Source of the DNA: Phycisphaerae bacterium
GTDB taxonomy: Bacteria; Planctomycetota; Phycisphaerae; UBA1845
Assembly: GCA_029260055.1 (NCBI GenBank)
Contig: JAJDDX010000098.1
Coordinates: 4,962-68,961 of the forward strand
Direction: 5' to 3'
Length of the DNA stretch: 64,000 nucleotides
Of this stretch, positions 1-9,361 are shown piece by piece (position 1 is the first letter of the stretch; every line of letters starts with the position of its first letter). The translations under genes and the position numbers were made by a program. The notes beneath the pieces are model-generated. The model saw only the letters and a program-made list of their open reading frames with translations. It ran no database searches and was not told the origin of the DNA.

Positions 1-955
1 TCCGAATGGCGCCGTGAGCGTGCAGGCGGTAAAAGAGGTCCTCGCGAAAGGCCCCCGTCCGCACGAGGTCGTTCAAGTCGCGGTTGGTGGCGGCGACGGT
101 CCGTACGTCGAAATACTGCACATCGTTGGAGCCGACCGGCAACACTTCGCCACTTTCGAGGGTGCGCAAGAGCTTCGCCTGCATCGAAAGCGGCATGTCG
201 CCGATCTCGTCGAGGAAGAGCGTGCCGCCGTCGGCCGCCTGGATCAATCCCTGACGATCGACCACCGCACCGGTGAAAGCACCCTTCTTGTGGCCGAAAA
301 GCTCGCTCTCCAGCAGTGTGTCGCTGACGGCCGCACAGTTGAGCACCTTGAAGGGCTTGCCTGCGCGGGGCGAGTTCTGGTGAATGGCTTGGGCGAAGAG
401 TTCCTTGCCGGTCCCCGTTTCGCCGAAGATCAGGACGGTGCTCTTACTCCGCGCGATCTTCTTGAGTCGTTTGATCTCACGCTGGATGGTCTCGGATGCG
501 CCGATGATGCCGGAGAATTCGAAAGCCTGATCCGTCTGCTCGCGCAGCAGGCGAGCTTCGCGGGCGGCTGTGGCCTGCTTCGCGGCACGAGCGACCTTGT
601 CGCGCAGCAGGTCGATATCGATCGGCTTGATCAGATAGTCGTATGCCCGGAACTCACTGTCGCGGCTAAGCGCGTCGCGGGCGAGTTCCTCGCTGCCATA
701 AGCGGTGATCAGGATGACTTCGGTCTCCAGCCGGGTTCGTTTGGCCTCGCGAAGGACGTCCATCCCATTGATCTTGCCACCGAGTTTGTAGTCGGTGACG
801 ACCAGGTCCGGCGGGCGCTGCCGGATCGACTCGACGGCGGCTTCACCGCTGACGACCACGTGACAGACGTACTTCGACCGCCGCAGGGCCTCGGCGATCG
901 CCTCGCCGTGGGCCACCTCGTCTTCGACAATCAGTACAAACGCCGTGTCACTCAT
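1..955 (-). CDS. Sigma-54-dependent response regulator (NtrC family), 3' end beyond the window edge
   Basis: Manual translation from ATG 955 gives a receiver domain ([13 protein letters not shown]), Walker [33 protein letters not shown] and FREDLFYRL. Absent from the ORF track because it has no stop in the window. Confidence 0.93.
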   Translation of the reverse strand, partial: MSDTAFVLIVEDEVAHGEAIAEALRRSKYVCHVVVSGEAAVESIRQRPPDLVVTDYKLGGKINGMDVLREAKRTRLETEVILITAYGSEELARDALSRDSEFRAYDYLIKPIDIDLLRDKVARAAKQATAAREARLLREQTDQAFEFSGIIGASETIQREIKRLKKIARSKSTVLIFGETGTGKELFAQAIHQNSPRAGKPFKVLNCAAVSDTLLESELFGHKKGAFTGAVVDRQGLIQAADGGTLFLDEIGDMPLSMQAKLLRTLESGEVLPVGSNDVQYFDVRTVAATNRDLNDLVRTGAFREDLFYRLHAHGAIR

Positions 956-1127
956 GTCGCGTGCATTATAGCCAAAACCGGCACTAGTGCTCTGTCAAAC
1001 GACCAATGATGGGTGGCATGGGTCCCGGCGCGCCGGGATTTGCCCGTGTTTGTTCGCTATCGAGGAACACGGGCAAGCTACCGCTTGCCCATGCCACCCG
1101 TCAGATCAGTGTTGACGGAGCCCCAGG

Positions 1128-1871
1128 TCAATCGATACCGGCCGCGTCGTGCTCCGGCTCGCGCGGCAGGCTGATCGTGATCGTCGTGCCCCGGCCGACC
1201 TGGCTTTCGAGCGTCAGTTCCCCGCCGTGTTCGTGTACGATCCGCTGCGTGATGGACAGGCCAAGGCCGTTTCCACGGGCCTTCGTGGAGAAGAAGGGTC
1301 GGAGAATTCGCTCTCGATCGCTGGGAGCTATGCCCACGCCGGTGTCCGAAACGATGACACATACGGCGTCTGCCCGCGTCTTCGTCTCGATCGTCAGCAC
1401 GCCGCCCTCGGGCATGGCCTGCTGGGCGTTGACCACCAGGTTCAGCAGCGATTGGCGGATCAGGTTCTCGTCCACCCGGCAGCTTGGCACTTCCGCGGAG
1501 AGGACCACGTCGACCGTTATGTCGTGGCTGTGGGCGAGCGGTTCGAAAAACTCGACCAGGCGGTCGACGGTCGCGTTCAGATCGGTGAGCCGCAGTTCGA
1601 GCCGGCACGGGCCGGTGAGGTTCAAGAACTCGTCGAACAGGCTCTGTAGCCGCTCGGATTCACGACGAAGTACGTCGACTTTCAGGATCGCTCGGCGGCG
1701 TACGTCCTCGAAGTTGGCCTCCGTATCGCCCAGGTCCTCGGACAGCAGCTTGAGGTTCACCATCATCGTCGACAGCGGGTTGCGGAGTTCGTGGGCGAGC
1801 CCGCCGGCCAGCTCCGCCATCTCCGCGATCATGCGCTGCTGCTGAGTTGTCGGGTCCGATGTGTCCGACAT
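1128..1871 (-). CDS. Histidine kinase (HisKA + HATPase_c) with essentially no sensor domain
   Basis: H-box LAHELRNPL, N-box LLNLVVNAQQAM, DTGVGI, FFSTKARGNGLGL; lies upstream of the NtrC-type regulator. Confidence 0.92.
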   Translation of the reverse strand: MSDTSDPTTQQQRMIAEMAELAGGLAHELRNPLSTMMVNLKLLSEDLGDTEANFEDVRRRAILKVDVLRRESERLQSLFDEFLNLTGPCRLELRLTDLNATVDRLVEFFEPLAHSHDITVDVVLSAEVPSCRVDENLIRQSLLNLVVNAQQAMPEGGVLTIETKTRADAVCVIVSDTGVGIAPSDRERILRPFFSTKARGNGLGLSITQRIVHEHGGELTLESQVGRGTTITISLPREPEHDAAGID

Positions 1872-1982
1872 GAAACATCCGCCGGCGGCTTTTCGCTGCC
1901 GCCCGAAAGACGCGTTGCCCAGACACCGTTCGATAGGCGGCTGGGCAACGCGGTTTGTCTTCCTGTCGCGAGCTTCGGCGTG

Positions 1983-4097
1983 CTACGCCGTCGCGGGCTC
2001 TTCTTCGACGGCGGCTGCCTTACGCGACAGCTTGATCCGTCCCTGATCGTCAATCGCGATCACTTTAACGCGAACGGTATCGCCGACCTTGACCACCTCG
2101 TCCACCGACTTGACGTACTCGGTGTCGAGTTCGCTGATGTGGCACAGGCCGTCCTGACCGGGTACCACCTCGATGAAGGCACCAAAGTCCTTCACGCTGG
2201 AGACCCGTCCGGTGTAGACCTTGCCGACCTTCACCTCGGCTGTGACGGCTTCGACCATCTCCAACGCCCTCTCGGCCGCGGTGAGGTCCAAGCACGCGAT
2301 GTTGATTGTGCCGTCGTCGTCGATCTCGACCTTCGCACCCGTCTCCGCCTCGATCGACTTGATGTACTTGCCGCCTGGGCCGATCACCCGGCCGATCTTG
2401 TCGACGGGCACCTTGGTGCTCAGGATTCGCGGCGCGTACTTGCTCGTATCCTCACGCGGTGCCTTGAGGGTCTTCAGCATCTCCCGGAGGATGTGCATGC
2501 GCGACTTCTTGGCGAGTTCGAAGGTCGGCGCCAGCAGGTGGATGGGCAGCCCGCGACCCTTGAGGTCCAACTGGATCGCCGTGATGCCGCGCTGCGTGCC
2601 CGCTACCTTGAAGTCCATCAGCCCGAAGTGATCCTCTTCACCGAGAATGTCCACCACGAGCGTCTCATCGCCGTCGTGTGCGAACCAACCGACCGAGATG
2701 CCGGCCACGGGCTGCTTGATCGGCACGCCGGCGTCCATCAGGGCCAGGCAACCGCCGCAGACGGACGCCATCGAGCTCGATCCGTTGGATTCGAGAATCT
2801 CGGAAACCAGCCGCACGGTGTAGGGGAACTTCTCCGGCGACGGCAGAACGGCTTCGAGCGCCTTCTCTGCCAGGTTACCGTGTCCGATCTCGCGCCGGCT
2901 CGTGAAGCCGACTCGCCGCGCCTCGCCCGTGCAAAACGGCGGGAAGTTGTAGTGCAGCATGAACTTCTTGCTGTACTCGTCGGTCAGGCCGTCGACGATC
3001 TGCTCGTCGCGTCCCGTGCCGAGGGTGATGACGCAGAGCGACTGGGTCTCGCCTCGCTGGAAGATCGCCGAGCCGTGGGTGCGTGGTAGCACGCCGACCT
3101 GTGACTCGATCGCGCGAATCTCCTCGGCGCCGCGTCCGCCGGCTCGCTTGCCGTCTTTCACGATCATCTCGGAGACGATTTCGCCCTCGACCTCGTCGAG
3201 CAAGTCGCGCACCGTGTTCCAACTGAATTCCGGCTTCTCGTCGGCGTCTTCCGGGGCGTACTTCTCTTTCGCGGCCCTGTAAACCGCCGAGATGGCATCG
3301 TTGCGATCCTGCTTGCCCTCGATGTTGCGGGCGTTACGAAGGTCGCTCTCGTACGCCTTGCGGAGTTCGACCCGAAGATCGTCCGTCGACGGCGGCTTGT
3401 TCCATTCCTTCTCGACGCCCGCCATCTCCACCAGTTCCGAGATCATCTCGCAGATCTCGACGATGGCTTTGTGTCCGAACTCGATGCCGGCGGTCACGAC
3501 CTCTTCGGACAGCTCCATCGAGCCGACCTCGACCATGTTGATCGCGTCCTTGTGCCCCGACAGCACCATCTCCATCGTGGAGTATTCCATCTGGCTGGTA
3601 GTCGGGTTCAGGACCAACTCGTCGTCCACGTAGGCGACGCGGACCGAAGCGCTGGGCCCCTCGAACGGAATCTTCGAGATGGACAGGGCGGCTGACGCCC
3701 CGACCATCGCCAAGATGTCCGGATCGTTTTCCTGATCGGTCGAGAGCGCCATGGTCTGGATCAGGACCTCATCCTTGAACCCCTTGGGGAACATGGGGCG
3801 GATGGGGCGATCGATCATCCGCATGGTGAGGATTTCTTTCTGCGTGGGCCTGGCTTCGCGCTTGAAGAAACCGCCCGGGAACTTGCCCGCGGCGTAGGTC
3901 TTCTCGCGATAGTCGACCGTGAGCGGGAAGAAATCGATCCCCGGCCGCGGGGTCCCTGTGACCACCGCCGCGAGCACTACCGTGTCCGCGTACGTGACCA
4001 CCACCGAACCGGCGGCCTGTCTTGCCAGCGTCCCCGCTTCGATCTTCAGCGTCCTGCCGCCGATCGTTCGTTCTACGACATGCTTTCCCATTGCCAT
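1983..4097 (-). CDS. pnp: Polyribonucleotide nucleotidyltransferase (PNPase)
   Basis: DFFPLTVDYREK, RMIDRPIRP, RREIGHG, ESNGSSSMAS, KH (VIGPGGK) and S1 domains; downstream of rpsO. Start trimmed to MAMGKH. Confidence 0.98.
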   Translation of the reverse strand: MAMGKHVVERTIGGRTLKIEAGTLARQAAGSVVVTYADTVVLAAVVTGTPRPGIDFFPLTVDYREKTYAAGKFPGGFFKREARPTQKEILTMRMIDRPIRPMFPKGFKDEVLIQTMALSTDQENDPDILAMVGASAALSISKIPFEGPSASVRVAYVDDELVLNPTTSQMEYSTMEMVLSGHKDAINMVEVGSMELSEEVVTAGIEFGHKAIVEICEMISELVEMAGVEKEWNKPPSTDDLRVELRKAYESDLRNARNIEGKQDRNDAISAVYRAAKEKYAPEDADEKPEFSWNTVRDLLDEVEGEIVSEMIVKDGKRAGGRGAEEIRAIESQVGVLPRTHGSAIFQRGETQSLCVITLGTGRDEQIVDGLTDEYSKKFMLHYNFPPFCTGEARRVGFTSRREIGHGNLAEKALEAVLPSPEKFPYTVRLVSEILESNGSSSMASVCGGCLALMDAGVPIKQPVAGISVGWFAHDGDETLVVDILGEEDHFGLMDFKVAGTQRGITAIQLDLKGRGLPIHLLAPTFELAKKSRMHILREMLKTLKAPREDTSKYAPRILSTKVPVDKIGRVIGPGGKYIKSIEAETGAKVEIDDDGTINIACLDLTAAERALEMVEAVTAEVKVGKVYTGRVSSVKDFGAFIEVVPGQDGLCHISELDTEYVKSVDEVVKVGDTVRVKVIAIDDQGRIKLSRKAAAVEEEPATA

Positions 4098-4320
4098 TGT
4101 TTTTTCCGCCAACCTTTCCGACACGACGCCATCACGCCCTGCGCGATGGCTCTCATCTGTCCATTTCACCAACTACGTCACTATCCAATGTTCGCGTGGC
4201 TTACACGTTTTCTTTATTTAGATGCTTCGACGCTTGCGGGTTGGGGGGGGTGGGCCCGACGGGCCTGCGCCCGGCGCGTTGTCAACGCCCGAAAGACAAC
4301 GTCCCGCGCGGCGACGCGGT

Positions 4321-4590
4321 TTACTTACGCAGTCCGAGGCTCGCAATCAGACTCTTGTACCGCGAGCGGTCGGTCCGTGTCAGGTACCGAAGGAGGCTGG
4401 TTCGCTGGCCGACAAGCTTCAACAGGCCGCGGCGGGCGGCGTGATCCTTCTTGTTGGCTTTGAGGTGCTCGGTCAGCTCCAGAATCCGCGCGGTCAAAAG
4501 TGCGACCTGAACCTCCGGAGACCCTGTGTCCTGCTCGTGGGTCCGGTGCTTCTCGATGATACCTGTCTTCGCCTCGGTGTTGATCGACAT
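4321..4590 (-). CDS. rpsO: 30S ribosomal protein S15
   Basis: [13 protein letters not shown]...[17 protein letters not shown]...LGLRK; start at MSINTEAK. Confidence 0.98.
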   Translation of the reverse strand: MSINTEAKTGIIEKHRTHEQDTGSPEVQVALLTARILELTEHLKANKKDHAARRGLLKLVGQRTSLLRYLTRTDRSRYKSLIASLGLRK

Positions 4591-4794
4591 GCTTTTCACC
4601 AAACGCCCTCGGCAGCCGCACGGCGGCATAACCTATTTCAGGGCCTGAACTTATAGCCTTACCTGTTAACTTCCCACATACTCAAAGCACGGCACTTTAC
4701 CGTCAACACCCCGGTGATGCAAGAGCGATGTGCAGCTTCCTTTTGGCCGGTCTTGGCGGACCCTCTCGGGCTTCCACGGGACACTCGAACGGGC

Positions 4795-5958
4795 CTACAG
4801 ACGCCGGCGCGAAGCGGTTCGCTGACCCGAAACCTGAGCGCTGTCGGCGATGAACGCCTCGTTGTTCGGGAACCGCTCCATCTTCGCCAGCAATTGCTCC
4901 ATCGCCTGGAGCGGGTCTCGTCCTACGACAGACCGTCGCAAGAGGTGCGAGGCTTCGAGAGCCTCCGGCGTGAGAAGCAACTCCTCCTTGCGAGTGCCCG
5001 ACGGGTTGAGATCGATCGCGGGCCAAAGGCGACGGTTCGCCATCTCCCGCGACAGCATGATTTCCATGTTCCCAGTGCCCTTGAACTCGTTGAAGATGAC
5101 CTCGTCCATGCGGCTGCCCGTCTCGATCAGGGCCGACGCCATGATCGTCAGCGATCCGCCATTCTCGGCATTCCGCGCCGCGCCGAAAATCGACTTCGGC
5201 TCGGTCAGCGCTTTGATGTCGAGTCCGCCCGACATGATTCGGCCACCGCCGCGGATCCCCGCGTTGAACGCCCTTCCGAGTCGAGTGAGCGAATCCAGCA
5301 GGACAAAGACGTCGCGGCCTGTTTCGACGAGTCGCTTGGCCTTCTCGATCACGAGTCGCGCCAGCCTGATGTGGACGTCCACGTCCTTGTCATTGCTGCT
5401 GGCGATGACTTCGCCGTGCACCTTGCGACGCATGTCCGTGACTTCCTCGGGCCGCTCGTCGATGAGGAGGACGATCATGTACACGTCGGGGTAATTGGTA
5501 GCGACGGCTTGCGCCATTTGTTGCAGAAGGATCGTCTTGCCTGTCCGAGGCGGAGCCACGATCAGGCCGCGCTGCCCGAATCCGATGGGTGTCATGAGGT
5601 CGACCACGCGCATCGTCGCGGGGCCACCGGACGTCTCGAACACGATTTGACGGTCAGGATCGATGGCGGTGAGGGTATCGAACGGCTTGACGTCGAGATA
5701 GTCGGGTACGGACAGATCGCAGACGGCTTCGATCTTCTCGAGTTCGGTGGGTGCGTTGCGCGCCTTCCCGCTCTTTTGCCGGAGCGTGCCGGTCACGATT
5801 TCTCCGCCGCGCAAACCCGCCGCGCGACAAAGGGATGCGGGCACCATGACGTCCTGCCGGCTCACCGCGTAGTGAGTTTCCGCTGAGCGGAGGTGCCCTC
5901 CGCTCTTGGCTGCCGGCTCGAACGTGCCGGTGATCGTATCCTGCGTTTCCTCCGCCAT
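4795..5958 (-). CDS. rho: Transcription termination factor Rho (short N-terminus)
   Basis: PIGFGQRGLIVAPPRTGKT, LLIDERPEEVTD, LDSLTRLGRAFN, EFKGTGNMEI. Confidence 0.96.
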   Translation of the reverse strand: MAEETQDTITGTFEPAAKSGGHLRSAETHYAVSRQDVMVPASLCRAAGLRGGEIVTGTLRQKSGKARNAPTELEKIEAVCDLSVPDYLDVKPFDTLTAIDPDRQIVFETSGGPATMRVVDLMTPIGFGQRGLIVAPPRTGKTILLQQMAQAVATNYPDVYMIVLLIDERPEEVTDMRRKVHGEVIASSNDKDVDVHIRLARLVIEKAKRLVETGRDVFVLLDSLTRLGRAFNAGIRGGGRIMSGGLDIKALTEPKSIFGAARNAENGGSLTIMASALIETGSRMDEVIFNEFKGTGNMEIMLSREMANRRLWPAIDLNPSGTRKEELLLTPEALEASHLLRRSVVGRDPLQAMEQLLAKMERFPNNEAFIADSAQVSGQRTASRRRL

Positions 5959-6170
5959 ATTGCGACTCCGTAGAGGTCATGACGGCGTGGTTGGAGTCCA
6001 GCCGTACTGACATGGGTCAAGCGTCTTCTATGTAACCTACTGGTTTTGCGAACTTTATGTTCGATACTGGCCCGTGGCGGCCCGAGCTCGCCGTGGTGTT
6101 CCGGGCGGGCCGTCGGGGCGGGGATCGGACGCACGCTTAATCATACCGGCATGGCGCCGCTTGTCAGCAG

Positions 6171-6231
6171 ATATTTTTTTGAATTCTTCCAGCACAAACG
6201 GCTTGACATTCCAGGGCGAGTGTGACATTGT
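6171..6231 (+). promoter_or_regulatory. Putative sigma70-type promoter for the structured-RNA/small-ORF locus
   Basis: Perfect TTGACA at 6203-6208, preceded by an AT-rich tract (ATATTTTTTTGAATTCTT) that stands out in GC-rich DNA. The -10 element is imperfect (GACATT/CATTGT). Confidence 0.45.
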
Positions 6232-6248
6232 CTCGCGCCAGTGTGGTT

Positions 6249-7090
6249 GGGAGGCCGGTTTCTATTGGCTTCCTGATGGCTGCGTTGTGTCGCTCGGGAG
6301 GCTCTGTCGTCTTCGACCGACGGACGCATTAGCACAAAAAACTAATGTTCGCAGCGCCGCTATCCCGATAAGGGCCTACGTGTTTCGGCTCGCTGGCGCG
6401 GAGTCGAAAGCCGTGGCGCGGGGAAGGTGATCTTTCCCCAGTGGGCTCGAAAGGGCTTGCGGCAACGACGCGATGTTGGCATAATCCCGCTGCCAAATCG
6501 CGGAAGGCTGGCTGACGTTCACGAGGTAAGGCGCGGAGAACCGAGTGACGCGGCACATTGGTGGCGGGAGACGCCCGGATCGAACCGGGCAGTATCCGAA
6601 GGCTTTCGTTTTTCGAATCATGTGTAATCGGAGTGCGGGGTGGAACCGCACTCATTAGCTAGGGAAGAATGGCCGGGCCTGTGTCCGGCCGTGGGTATGA
6701 CGATCATACGTTCGTTCGGGCGTCCCCGCCGAACGAGGTCGCAAACCGTTCAAGTGAAGGAGATCGATAGATGCGCAAGAAGACTCTGAAGAGCGCTGCG
6801 ATGGTCGTGACCACGGGCATGCTGTTCCATTCGCTGGGATGCCTGAACTTTGGTGGTTTGGCCAAGTGGGCCGGCCCGATCCTGTACGATGGCGCCCTGG
6901 ATGTCGCTTGGGAGTACATCTGGGACCAGGACGGCGTCTTCGACCTGTTCGAGGATGGCAACGTCGTCGCCGCTGAGTAGAAATGCTCGGCTGACAGAAG
7001 GGATCTCCTTACGATCCCTGCCTCATCACTTTGCCTCCCGGGCGCTAGCCTGAGAGACCGAGCGACTGAGGCGGAGCGTGATTAGCTCTT
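6249..7090 (+). ncRNA. Large structured RNA or structured UTRs enclosing a small ORF (unclassified)
   Basis: At least 12 local hairpins in 6249-6737, plus nested long-range helices to 6985-7066 (see findings). No match recognised to RNase P RNA, tmRNA or a known riboswitch. Confidence 0.5.
6771..6980 (+). CDS. Small (69 aa) protein with basic N-terminus, hydrophobic segment, lipobox-like SLGC and acidic/aromatic C-terminus
   Basis: Strong RBS GAAGGAG upstream, GC3-rich codon usage, followed by an intrinsic terminator. Confidence 0.8.
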   Translation: MRKKTLKSAAMVVTTGMLFHSLGCLNFGGLAKWAGPILYDGALDVAWEYIWDQDGVFDLFEDGNVVAAE

Positions 7091-7133
7091 AAAGGGCGCG
7101 GGTCGGTATCTGCCGACGCCGCGTCCTTTTTTT
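7091..7133 (+). terminator. Rho-independent terminator
   Basis: Stem AAAGGGCGCGG-GTCGGTA/TGCCGAC-G-CCGCGTCCTTT followed by T7. Confidence 0.85.
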
Positions 7134-7167
7134 GCGCTCGTTTCCCGCCACGGATCACTTGGATGAA

Positions 7168-8034
7168 TCAGAGGGGAAGGACGCGACTGATGACGGGTCG
7201 GTCGATCGTGCCGCCGATCTCGACACCACCCACTTCGGGATCATGGGGAAACGCGAGCAGCAGGCCCTCGTCCAGGCACCGGCGGTAGATCGCCCGCTTC
7301 TCGGTGATAGTCGTGAGCGGTTGCACGTCGTACGCCATGACCCACGCCGGAGGCAGATGCGCCTTGGTCGGCACGATATCACCAATGAAGATCAGCTTGG
7401 TGCCGCCGGAGCCGAATACCGGATGCAACTGGCACGGCGTGTGGCCGCTCGAAACAAACCACGCCCAGCCCTCGCCGGGCGGCGCGGGCGTGTCACCCTC
7501 GACGATCGCCAGTTGGTCCGAGTCCGAAAGCGCTGCGAAGTCCTCCGGTAGGAACGACGCCCGGTCCTTGAGATACGGCTCGCGGGCGTGATCGAGGTGG
7601 CGGCTATGGATCCAGTGCCGTGCCGTCGGATATCGCAGGCGGGTCGCCCCTCCCCGCTCGTCGGTCCATTCAGTCAACCCGCCGTTGTGGTCGAAGTGCA
7701 GGTGCGTGATCACCACGTCGGTCACATCTTCGGGGCCAAGACCGGCCGCCCTGAGGGCGTTCGGGACAGCGTCCGCGTCGAACTCGATGGCGAACCGCTC
7801 GGCCTTGTCCGGTGCCCATTTCGTGCCGCAGCCGGTGTCCGCCAGGATCACGCGTTTGCTCGATCGGTCGATCGCGAGCAATGTACGCGTCGTAAGCAGA
7901 ATGCGGTGTTGATCGTCCGCCGCCGCCTCGCGCTGCCAGAGTACACGCGGGACCACGCCGAACATGGCGCCGCCGTCCAGCCGGACCGAGCCGTTGACCA
8001 CGGACCGGATCTCCCAATCGTCGATCGTCAGCAT
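7168..8034 (-). CDS. MBL-fold metallo-hydrolase (YtnP/AHL-lactonase-like)
   Basis: LDGGAMFGVVP, THLHFDHNGG, GHTP, AYDVQP, FPHDP. Confidence 0.92.
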   Translation of the reverse strand: MLTIDDWEIRSVVNGSVRLDGGAMFGVVPRVLWQREAAADDQHRILLTTRTLLAIDRSSKRVILADTGCGTKWAPDKAERFAIEFDADAVPNALRAAGLGPEDVTDVVITHLHFDHNGGLTEWTDERGGATRLRYPTARHWIHSRHLDHAREPYLKDRASFLPEDFAALSDSDQLAIVEGDTPAPPGEGWAWFVSSGHTPCQLHPVFGSGGTKLIFIGDIVPTKAHLPPAWVMAYDVQPLTTITEKRAIYRRCLDEGLLLAFPHDPEVGGVEIGGTIDRPVISRVLPL

Positions 8035-8190
8035 GTTCGACACCCTACCGCGCATGCCGTCGGCCCGCACGGGGTGCGTCCCACCACCTGGACCGCCATG
8101 CTGTTGAACGGCGACACCGGCACGGCTACAGTCTTACCGGTCTGCGCCGCGGGCCTGCGAGCGGCCCGGAACCTGGAGTAAGCCATCACG

Positions 8191-9144
8191 ATGGACACAT
8201 CGCCCGCCACGACAGGCACTCCGCCGGAAGCCGTACCCGCGCCGGCGGGGCCGACCTTGACGGCGTGGGACCGGTTCAGCTTCTCAGCCGCCCACGCCGC
8301 GGTGACGTGGCTACGCGTCCTGTTGACGCTTCGAGGGCTGTACTACTTCGGGCGCCTATTCGGCACGTTCGAATGGATGATCAACTTCAAGCGTCGTCGG
8401 CGGTTCGCCAAGGCCCTGAGGTTCGTGCTCGGGCGCAAGCCCACGGCGTCCGAGCGCCGTCGCTACACGCGCGAGTACTTCATGCAGACCAGGTGCGACA
8501 AGATCTGCTACCTGGCCATCGACACGCTGGGGCGCGACAAAGCCACGTCACTACTGACGATCGAGAATCGCGAGATTCTGGATGAGGCGCTGGCGCGGGG
8601 GCGCGGTGTGTACATTGCCTATTCGCACCAGGGGCCGCTGCACGTCTGCGCCATGCTCATCGCGCTGCACGGGTACCCACTGATCGCCGTCCGCGACCGC
8701 AATGAAGGTGGCATCCGGCGTTACGTTCAGGACCGTTTCGACCGGCGCCATCCCGACTTGCGGCGAGTCCGGTTCCTCTTCTCCGACAGCTTCCCGCGAG
8801 ATATCTATCGCTGCTACCAGGACGGAATGCTCGTGGGAAGTGCGATGGACGTGAGCCGCGTCCGCGGTGAGAACCAGAAGGTGGAGGAAGTCACGATCTT
8901 CGGCGAACGGCGCCCGTTCCTCGCCGGCCCGCTGCGGATCGCCTTGCGCAGCAAAGCACCGGCGATCCAGGCGTTCTTCTTCGCGGAGAGCGGCTTTCGC
9001 TATCGCATGGTCGTGTCCGGACCGATTCTCGACCCGGAGCATGTCGAGGACGAATCGGGGGCGGTGAGGGGGGCGGTCGAGACCTACGCCTCGAAAGTCG
9101 AGCGGTACATTCGCGAAAACCCGAGCCTGATCACCAAGATCTAG
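8191..9144 (+). CDS. Lysophospholipid/lipid A late acyltransferase family protein (LpxL/HtrB-like)
   Basis: ENREILDEALARGRGVYIAYSHQG, AMD and VTIFGE..FLAGP match the HtrB/MsbB-type motif layout. Confidence 0.7.
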   Translation: MDTSPATTGTPPEAVPAPAGPTLTAWDRFSFSAAHAAVTWLRVLLTLRGLYYFGRLFGTFEWMINFKRRRRFAKALRFVLGRKPTASERRRYTREYFMQTRCDKICYLAIDTLGRDKATSLLTIENREILDEALARGRGVYIAYSHQGPLHVCAMLIALHGYPLIAVRDRNEGGIRRYVQDRFDRRHPDLRRVRFLFSDSFPRDIYRCYQDGMLVGSAMDVSRVRGENQKVEEVTIFGERRPFLAGPLRIALRSKAPAIQAFFFAESGFRYRMVVSGPILDPEHVEDESGAVRGAVETYASKVERYIRENPSLITKI

Positions 9145-9213
9145 CCGGCGATCGGGGTCCGATATCCGCCGAAATGGATCCAGGCCGGGTGCCCGTGCTC
9201 CCGATACATGTCC

Positions 9214-9241
9214 TTGACGGTGCGGCCGGAGTTGGTACGCT
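9214..9241 (+). promoter_or_regulatory. Sigma70-type promoter of tRNA-Ala
   Basis: TTGACG-N16-TACGCT with an extended -10 TG, 17 nt upstream of the tRNA. Confidence 0.55.
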
Positions 9242-9258
9242 CATGGGTTCACGAAACA

Positions 9259-9332
<74 letters not shown>

Positions 9333-9361
9333 ATCCCCGTTTTTGACAACCTGGGGCCGGG

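Noticed and set aside
14-1009. 331-aa plus-strand ORF
   Set aside because: Antisense shadow of the NtrC-type regulator on the minus strand.
6249-6760. RNase P RNA, tmRNA or c-di-GMP-I riboswitch
   Set aside because: No GAGGAAAGTCC, no tRNA-like ends or T-loop, and GGTCGCAAACC lacks the rest of the GEMM motif.
6289-7105. Group I intron call for the structured RNA (CGGGA/AATCCCG P4-like pairing; AGCCTGAGAGACCGAGCG resembles the J6/7-P7 motif)
   Set aside because: I could not build a convincing P7 partner, J3/4 adenosines, P1 or flanking exons, and the putative S segment lies inside the terminator stem. Kept only as a hypothesis for cmscan.
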